Assembly: GCF_009914755.1 (NCBI RefSeq)
Contig: NC_060937.1
DNA: 64,000 nt
Reading direction: 5' to 3' (one strand)
Origin: the human T2T-CHM13v2.0 reference genome, Homo sapiens
Part shown: piece by piece, positions 53,719 to 64,000 of the stretch
How the letters are laid out: every line of letters starts with the position of its first letter
How positions within the stretch are numbered: position 1 is the first letter of the stretch
The notes under the pieces: model-generated
Database searches by the model: none
Told to the model about the DNA's origin: nothing
What the model saw: the letters and a program-made list of their open reading frames with translations, nothing else
Translations under genes and position numbers: made by a program

Positions 53719-55192
53719 GATACTCCCAAATTTTTGGTTGTTAGACATGAATGAAAAAAACAGCTAGCTCATTCCGTCTGAGCAGTTTTCACTCTATCTT
53801 ACCCTTTTTTCTTGCTTGGTGGGAAGCTGGGGACTGTTAATTTGTGTCCCCGGTAGGTGGGACCCAAATCCAAGAAACAGAAATTAAAGAAGAAACTGAT
53901 CAGAATGTGAAATAAACGCTAGCTCCAAATGCAGCCTTCTGACTTGGTGAAATGAAAGACCTAACTTAAAGAGACAGAGAAGAGATCTGGATAACAGAAG
54001 AGACTTAGGGATCACTTAAGCAGTTAACCTCATCTAAATTGAAAACTTTTCCCATTAAATGGTAAAATAAATCTTTCTTTCAAAACTAAAATTTGAAAAT
54101 TATAAATAAAAGCTGTTTTCTACTACAGAAAATCAAAGGAAGTAAGAGGATGAACATTGCAATGGGCAAAAAAATCTTAAACGAATTCTTGTGGCCAAAT
54201 AGCAAATAACCAGTTCAAAAACTTTGCCTCTTACTGACACATGGGTGGAGATCTCAACAGCTGGCTTTCTTCTCCCTCTCTCTGCCTCTTGCCTTTTCTT
54301 CCTACCTCTTCTTCCCTTAGATTTCTTTCCTTTTTTCCATTCTTCGCCTTAAAAAAAAAATCTACTTCCTACCTTCATGTATCTTTCCTAATCATGATAT
54401 TGAATTAAAGCACACTTAAAGTACATTGCTCATTTATGTCTTTAATTCTCATAGAATTTATTTTTGAATACAGTATGGCATTAGGATTCTAACTTTTTAA
54501 ATAGATAATTAACCAGAGCACTATTTCTTAATATGCCATTGTTTTCTTCTTCATTTGTAGTGACAATAATGATTATTATTGAGAGCTTGCTATGGGCAAA
54601 GCAGTGTTTTGAGAGGTTTGCCTGTATTTAAATTCCTGGTTGTGTTTCTTGAATAAAGGTCTTCCTCATTTTGGCCAGGCACAGTAGCTCGTGCCTGTAA
54701 TCCCAGCACTTTGAAAATGCCAAGGCAGAAGGATCACTTGAGGCCAGGAGCTTGAGAACAGCCTTGGCAAGGTAGCAAGACCCCGGTCTCTAAAAAAAAA
54801 AAAAAAAAAATTAGCTGGCTTTGGTGGCATGCACCTATAGTCCCAGTGACTTGAGAGGACCACTTGAGGTTGGGAGTTCAAGGCTGCAGTGAGCCACTGC
54901 ACTCCAGCCTGGTCAACTGAACAAGCCTCTTGTCTCTACATTTTAAAAAGAAGAAGTTATCCTCATTATTAGGCATTTAGAAGTGAACTCATTAATTCTT
55001 TTCTTCTATTAGCATAGTAAAAAATAAAAAATAAATAGCTTTTTCACTTGGGTCCCCAATATTTTGTCTCTCTGGGAATTAAGACTCTCTCATAAAAACA
55101 AGTGCCCTGCCTTCCACTTGAAGACTGGAAGAGGAGTTAGTGAGACCAAGAAATTCCACTTTTCCATTTCTCACCAGGGATATTACTTATAG

Positions 55193-55314
55193 GTGTCTTT
55201 CAGGTTGCAGAAAAGATGGAAAAAAGGACATGTGCACTCTGCCCCAAAGATGTCGAATATAATGTCCTGTACTTTGCACAATCAGAGAATATAGCTGCTC
55301 ATGAGAATTGTTTG
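55193..55314 (+). CDS. PHF11: PHF11 coding exon 2 ([16 protein letters not shown]...AHENCL; pre-PHD C2HC zinc finger)
   Basis: cttatag|GTGTC...TGTTTG|gtaagt; 122 nt; CxxC...HxxC of the extended PHD. Confidence 0.94.
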
Positions 55315-55439
55315 GTAAGTTACTTGAAAACATACTTCAAAGTACATGAGTACTTTTAGTGTAGGACACATAAGAATAGATAAACAACACTTTGGACACA
55401 AAGAATAACAAGTTGGCCATGGTTTGAGCTTTTAGGTGA

Positions 55440-55700
<261 letters not shown>

Positions 55701-56167
55701 TGATCTGCCCACCTCGGCCTCCCAAAGTGCTGGGATTACAGGTGTGAGCCACCACGCCCGGGCCTGGGGAGCATATTTTTTTGACTTTGAACTGTTTCAG
55801 ATTTAAAATATAACAGACACTGATAGACCTTCTACCCAGGTATAATTTCTATCAAAGTCTACAGAATTCTGAGATTTATCCATGTTGGTAAACATAGCTC
55901 TAAGTCCTTCATTTTAAATATGATGTTCGATTTCATGACTATATTACCATTAACTGTTCTGTGAATGGGCATTTAGTTTTTCCAGTATTGTTTTCTATGA
56001 CTAACAAGTCGTCATGAACATTCTTGTCTAGGTCTCCTTCTCATGTGAGAATTTCCCTAGTCTAGGCTATACAGCTAAGAGCAGAATTGTTAGGCACAGG
56101 AATGGGGTGTTTTGTACTTGACTAAATACACCAAATTGTTCTTCAAAGAGATTGTACCATTTAATAC

Positions 56168-56481
56168 ACCTAACTTACCAAACATCATAGCTTAGTCTAG
56201 CTCACCTTAAACATGTTCAGGACACTTACGTTAGCCCACAGTTGGGCACATCATCTAATGCAATGCCTGTTTTATAACAAAGTCTTGAATATCTCATAAA
56301 ATTTATTGAATACTGTATAGAAAGTGAAAAACAGAATGGTTTATGGGTACTATACAGGAGGATGTGTGTAGGTTATATGAAAATGCTATGCCTTTTAGAT
56401 AAGGGAACTGAGCATTCACGGATTTTGGTAGCCTTGGGGGTTCCTGGAACCAATCCCCTGCAGACACTGAGGGACGACTGC
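56168..56481. mobile_element. Tigger4-like fragment joined to a MER2 fragment
   Basis: aacatcatagcttagtctagc... followed by the MER2 end gttcctggaaccaatcccctgcagacactgagggacgactg. Confidence 0.6.
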
Positions 56482-56608
56482 ACTATGGCTTTATTACTAG
56501 CCTTGGCTTTTATTTTGGCACTTTGAATTTGTGGATCAGCTTTTCATGTTTGACCAAAATACCTTTTGGAATTTTGATTGGAATTGCATTGCATTTATAG
56601 ATGAATTT

Positions 56609-57010
56609 GGGAAAAAAATAGACACATTCATATATTATAATATATTATAAATAATTAATATAAATAATTAGAGAGACAGAACCTGTTAATGGATGGGAAA
56701 AAGATGCATTCATATATTATATGTATTAATATATTATTAATGCAGTATGTATTAATATATTATTAATGTGTTATGTATTAATATATTATTGTGTTATGTA
56801 TTAATATATTATTAATGTGTTATGTATTAATATATTAATTATATATTATATAAATATAAATAATATGCATTTTATATAATATATTACTATATTCATATAT
56901 TACTATATTCATATATTCATATATAATATATTACTATATTATATATTATAATATATGAATGTGTCTTTTTTTTCCCATCCATTAACAGAGTCTGTCTCTC
57001 CAATTATTTA
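56609..57010. repeat. AT-rich palindromic / inverted repeat with internal short tandem repeats
   Basis: Arms 56661-56721 and 56947-57010 are near reverse complements around an almost pure A/T spacer. Confidence 0.85.
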
Positions 57011-57768
57011 GGTCTTTTATAAATTTCAAAACTGTTAAATAATTTTTATCTGTAGTCATATAGAACTTGGGGTTGGGCATATTCCTGGGCAAGTTTTTTG
57101 TTTTGTTTTGTTTTGTTACTTTTTTCTAAAAGCTTTTTAAATGAACTATTATCAGTATATATAAACACTATTTATTTTTATTTATTGATCTCATCCAGCA
57201 ACCTTACCAAAGTCTTATTAGTTCTAAAACTTCTCTAGATTTACCTGGATATATTGTATGTGGACAATCCTCATCTTTAAATAAGAACAATTTTATTTAC
57301 TTACCTTTAATTCGGGGGACTCTTAATCTCTTTTTCTTGTGTTTTTCCAGAACATTCAATTATAGCGGTGATTACAAGCAATTAAATTTGGAAGCCCTGT
57401 CTTGCTTCTGATATTAATGGGATGCTCCAAAAATCTTATCATTAAATTTGTGTATGTTTTACATTCTTAATGATTTCATTTAATTAAAATAAGGAAGTTA
57501 CCTTTATCTCTAATTTGCTAAAAATTATAGCGTATTGAATATTACTAAATGCTTGTTCTGCATCTATTGAAATGATCCGGGTTCTTTTTCTCTCTCTGGC
57601 CACAAACAGTGCTAAATGCTTTATTTTATTTCACTTTTTTATATACATAATTTGATGTTTATTTTAAATTACAAATTTATGGAAAAGTTGCATATACAGT
57701 ACAAAGAACTTTTTTTGGTCAGAACCATTTTAAATTAAATGATATGCAATCTATCCTGAATACTTTAG

Positions 57769-58006
<238 letters not shown>

Positions 58007-58096
58007 TGATCCACCCACCTCAGCCTCCCAAAGTTCTGGGATTACAGGCATGAGTCACTGTGCCCAGCCTTTAGTATGTATTTTCTACAAATAAGG

Positions 58097-58457
58097 TGAT
58101 ATGCTTTGGCTGTGTCCCCACCCAAATCTCACCTTGAATTGTAATAATCCCCACGTGTCAAGGGTGGAGCCAGGTGGAGATAAGTGAATCATGGGAGCAG
58201 GTTTTTCCCAGGCCATTCACATGATAGTGATAGTGAATAAATCTCATGAAATCTGATGGTTTTATAAAGAGGAGTTCCCCAAAAATCTCTCTTGCCTGCT
58301 GCCATGTAAAACATGACTTTGCTCCCCCTTACCTTCTTCCGTGATTGTGAGGCCTCTCCAGCCATGTGGAATTGTGAGTCCATTAAACCTCTTTTTCTTT
58401 ATAAATTACCCAGTCTTGCGTATGTCTTTATTAGCAGTGTGAGAACTGACTAATACA
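58097..58457 (+). mobile_element. THE1 (MaLR) solo LTR
   Basis: TGATATGCTTTGGCTGTGTCCCC...GACTAATACA; TSD taagg/caagg. Confidence 0.88.
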
Positions 58458-58602
58458 CAAGGACATTCTCTCTCACACTATAACAATATAAACGTCAAAA
58501 TCAGGAAATTTTGTTATACTACTACCGTCTATTCCTCAAACCACTGAGGTTTCACCTGTTGTACTAATAACGTGTGTGTGTGTGTGTGTGCTTTTTTTTT
58601 GA

Positions 58603-58911
<309 letters not shown>

Positions 58912-59906
58912 TAGCTCATGGGTTGCATTTGGTTATCATGTCTTAAGTTTTTTCATTTTATTCTGTTAGTAATGTGTGTTTTACTTATATATTTTTTCTG
59001 CTGTGAAACCATTCTTAGATTAACACCATTTAATGGTGATGTTTTATTTTTACTTATTTATTTGAGACAAGGTCTCCCCAGGCTGGAATGGAGTGGCATA
59101 ATCATAGCTCACTGCAGCCTTGAACTCCTGGGCTTAAGCAATTCTCCCACCTCAGCTTGGACTACAAGCACGTACCACCATACCCAGCTAATTTTTTATT
59201 TATCTTTTTGTAGAAATGGGGGTCCCACTATGTTGCTCAGGCTCATCTCGAACTCCTGGCCTCAAGTGATTCTCCTGTCTCAGCCTCCCAAAGTGTTGGG
59301 ATTAGAGGCGTGAGCTACCGCTCCCAGCCCAATCGTGATGTTTTTATTCTAATATACTGTTGATGTTGATTTGCTACTATTTTTTAGTTAACTTTATTGG
59401 CATAATTTACATAAAATCAAATGTACCCATTTTAAGTGTCCAATTCAGAAAGTTTTGAGACATGTTGAGACCCATGCAACCACTACCACCATCAAGATAT
59501 AAACATTTCCATTACCCCAAAGGGTTTCCTCAATGTTCTGTGCAATCAATTCCTTCCTACCCCAAGTCCCTGTAGATTTGTCTTATCTTTTCTCAGATTT
59601 CATATGAAAGGAATCCTATAGTTGTCCTCCTTTGTGTCACTTCCTTTGCTCAGCATACTGTTTTAGATGCATCTATGTTGCATGTATCTGTATCTTGTTC
59701 CTTTATCATTCTTCACAGTACTTAATTGGTATGCATGTATCACAATTTGCTTATTCATTCATCTGTTGGTAGACATGTGTTATTTCCAGTTTGGAGCTCT
59801 TATGATAAAAATCAGCTATAAGCATCTGTATATGAGTCTTTGTGTCTTTATTTAGGCCTTTCATAATTTCAAAATTGTTCAATGGCTTTTTTTTTTTTTT
59901 TTTTGA

Positions 59907-60125
<219 letters not shown>

Positions 60126-61619
60126 TGATCCACCTGCCTTGGTCTCCCAAAGTGTTGGGATTACAGGCGTGAGCCACCGCACCCGGCTATTCAGTAATTT
60201 TTATCTGTAGAGGTATAGAACTTGGGGTTAGGCATATTCTGGGCTTGTTTTTTGTTTTGTTTTGTTACTTTTTTCTAAAGTATTTTTAAATGAGCTATTA
60301 TCAGTATATATGAACACTATTGATTTTTATTTATTGGTCTCATCCAGCAACCTTACCAAACTCTTATCAGTTCTAAAAAGTCTCTAGATTTACCTGGATA
60401 TATTGTATGTGGACAATCCTCATCTTTAAATAAGGACAATTTTAATTTGGGGCACTCAGTCTCCTTTTCTTGTTTGGTTATGTTTGTCTTGGGTAAATAG
60501 CTAGAAGTAGAATTACTGAGTCATAAAGTTAGTGTATGTTTAACCTTAAAAGTGATTGCATTATTTTACATTTCTACCAATAATATGTAAGAATTTCATT
60601 TGCTCCACATCCTCATCAACACTGGGTCTTGTTATTTTAGGCAGTCTAGTAGATATATATTGCATCTCGCTATGGCTTTAATATGCCTAATGGTTAATGA
60701 TATTGAGCATCTTCTCATGTGCTCATTTGCCATTCATAAACCTTCTTTCAAGAAGTGTCTATTCAAATTTTGTGCCCACTTTTAATTGAATTGTCTTATT
60801 ATTGAGTTGTAAGTGTTTTCTAAAATCTGGATACAAGTCTTTTGTCAGAGATATGTATTGTGAATATTTTCTCCCAGTCTCTGGCTTGCCTCTTTGTTTT
60901 CTTAGCAATGTCTTTCAAAGACAATTTTTATTTTGATGGAATCCAACTTACTTTTTCTTTATGCTTTCTGATTTTTATAAGAAATCTTCGCCTATGCCAA
61001 TGTCACCAAAATTTACTCTTATGTTTCTCATGCCCTTTTGTTATTTGAGTGTAATATGTGAAACATTGATCTTCAATTCAGATTTGGAGTCTTCTGGTTT
61101 CAAGTAGCACATAGAGACTTGAGCCAGCCTAAACATAAAAGAGGGTTTATGATAAGGTTTTGGGGGCATTTCATGTTTCCTAAAGGCAGGCATGCAGGTG
61201 GGTGTAAGAAACAGCTAGAAAGCCATTGGGAACCTAGAATGTCCTCTTTCTAGCCCTTGTTTTTCTTTCTTTGCAGACTGACTTGCTCTAACCACGTGGC
61301 TTCAGCTATTGCTCAAAGCCCATTCCACACTTTTAGGATAGGGGATCAGACTGACCCAGCTTGGCATCAGGGTTCCACCCAGGTCAATGAGTTATTAGAG
61401 GTCAGGATTACAAAGTATAAAACATGCCCGGAAACCAGGGTCATTCCCAGAGAAATGGGATGGCTTATGGTCTGCTCATCCACCCCCAAAGTTGCCACTG
61501 TTTTACCCCCAGTCCATTTCCCACTCCTGGTTTGATTTTCCACTTTTGGTATGATTTTCTGACATGCAGCTTTCAATATTACTTTGTGCATACTCTGGAT
61601 TTTTTTTTCCAATCTGCAG

Positions 61620-61727
61620 CTGTATTCTTCAGGACTTGTGGAATGTGAGGATCAGGATCCACTTAATCCTGATAGAAGTTTTGATGTGGAATCAGTAAAG
61701 AAAGAAATCCAGAGAGGAAGGAAGTTG
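61620..61727 (+). CDS. PHF11: PHF11 coding exon 3 (LYSSGLVEC...KEIQRGRKL); gene continues beyond the window
   Basis: tctgcag|CTGTAT...AAGTTG|gtaagt; 108 nt; G2E3/PHF6/PHF11-type LYSSGL motif. Confidence 0.95.
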
Positions 61728-61909
61728 GTAAGTGTAAATGATGTTATTTCTTATACTGGATGAACAGACCCTCAAGGAATGCATTCCAAAGGAGTCTATT
61801 TGACTGATACACCAGGGATAGAGAAGCATCTTGGAGAGCTGGAAGAAGTAGGAACTGTATTGGAAACCTCAATTCAACTTAACATTTAATTTTTTTTTTT
61901 TTTTTTTGA

Positions 61910-62203
<294 letters not shown>

Positions 62204-62959
62204 TAAAATAAACTACCATATACTTCACCAGTAAAGTGATCTGAGTTAGAATGCTTTTGCTGTAAGTAGAAGAAAGCTCAAGTCAAACAGACTTTTACAA
62301 AGAGGATACTTACTTTTTCACTTGATCAGAGAAAACACCTGCTTTCCAAGTTGGTTGATTGAGTGGCTTGATAATGTCATCAGGGGCCCAGGTTCTTCCT
62401 CTCTGGCCTCCTGTCCCCAACATCAGCTGGTCCCATTGTGGTCATAGGGTGGCCGCAGGCAGCAACTGAAGCATCAGGCTTTCTTGTTCATACCCAGTGA
62501 AAGACAAAGGTCATCCATACACATGGAATAAGCCCCCTTCTGAAAGTTTCATTAGGTTGCACCCCTCTTTCTGCACCAACTGCTGGGGGTGGCCATAACT
62601 AATCAGGGGTCAGCTCCTCATGGGTCATAAGGGGGCTATTCAAGGAGGAAGAAATGCTGAGAAGTCATTCCACTGGGCTTATTGCAGCGACATCCTCTCA
62701 AGGACCCTTCACATCTTAGCAAGCAGGACAGCAAGTGTGAGCACCTCACATTCTGACTACAACCACAGGGTTAATAACCGGGGACAAATGTATAGTTAGT
62801 CTTTGCAAGGCATCAGCATCAGCAGCATCCTGTGGTAGGTGTGTTACATACATTGCTCTAGGTAAACTCCCAGCTATAGGTAAAATGATGCCCATTTTAA
62901 TCGAAGAAATGGAAAGTGCAGGGTGAAAGGCAACAGTCCAGATGGAATTCTGCAAATTA

Positions 62960-63354
<395 letters not shown>

Positions 63355-64000
63355 TCAATGTCTATGCTATTACTAATTAATACTTGGCAAGACTGGCTGC
63401 TGACATCATTAGTGCTGACAATGCCACATCCCTAGGATTTTGGGTGTGATGAGATGGGTGAACTGATTAGAAAGTAGCAGACAGACCTCAACTGGAATAT
63501 TTTTTTGCTCTTCACTAATTGGATTTGAGTGGGGAGACACAGAGTTAAAGAAATCTCTGTGAAATTCTAGTAGCCATCCAGTTATGAAGAGACCCAGGCT
63601 GAGAAATGAGGGCAGTTGATTGGAGGCATAATATTTGGGGGAAAGCAGGTACCTGAGGGTTTCTGCGGACCTTGGGATGCAGACTTCCCTACTGGGAAGG
63701 CTTTGGGATGGGTTGGAAGTGGAGGATAAAGGAGAGAAGAGAGGAAAGTCACCTGAGGTAATAGTTACCCTCTCACAGCATTTATGGAACTCTTGGACTA
63801 TGTGGGCAGATACATGGCACACACCCAGGGTGGGGACAGGCCAGTGCTGTGGTATTTTCAGTAAGCTGGGCAAGTACCTTGAGGGTGAGCAGCAGGGGCC
63901 CTCAGCAAGCAGGCTCCTCCCTAGGATTCAGACTACCAATCTGACAGAGCCACATGGACATCCAATAGCATTTCAGAGTAAAGTGGCCAAAAAAGTACAG

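Noticed and set aside
63409-63873. 154-aa minus-strand ORF
   Set aside because: No recognisable domain, non-ATG start and no splice support; probably chance.

Overview
Human (hominid) genomic DNA from the SETDB2-PHF11 locus, recognised from the encoded proteins and recalled as 13q14. On the + strand I assembled the complete SETDB2 coding sequence: 14 coding exons from 524 to 40501, all GT-AG with consistent phases, 2160 nt = 719 aa + stop, with MBD, pre-SET, split SET and post-SET motifs. A long 3' UTR follows and runs almost into the CpG-island promoter of PHF11, whose first three coding exons are present (44641-61727). The introns hold about 46 Alus, several LTRs, L1/L2 remnants, DNA transposons, an SNRPG processed pseudogene, a 35-bp VNTR and a young truncated SVA. 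Almost all other ORFs in the track are repeat-derived noise. I found no wholly new biological system. The most interesting observations are a 36-nt in-frame SETDB2 exon built from nested LTRs with its acceptor AG in the target-site duplication, phase-compatible SETDB2-PHF11 readthrough, a candidate poison exon, a uORF-packed 5' UTR exon, an internally deleted SVA, an AT-rich palindrome and several templated local duplications. Repeat subfamily names and variant identities are from memory and need RepeatMasker or dbSNP confirmation.
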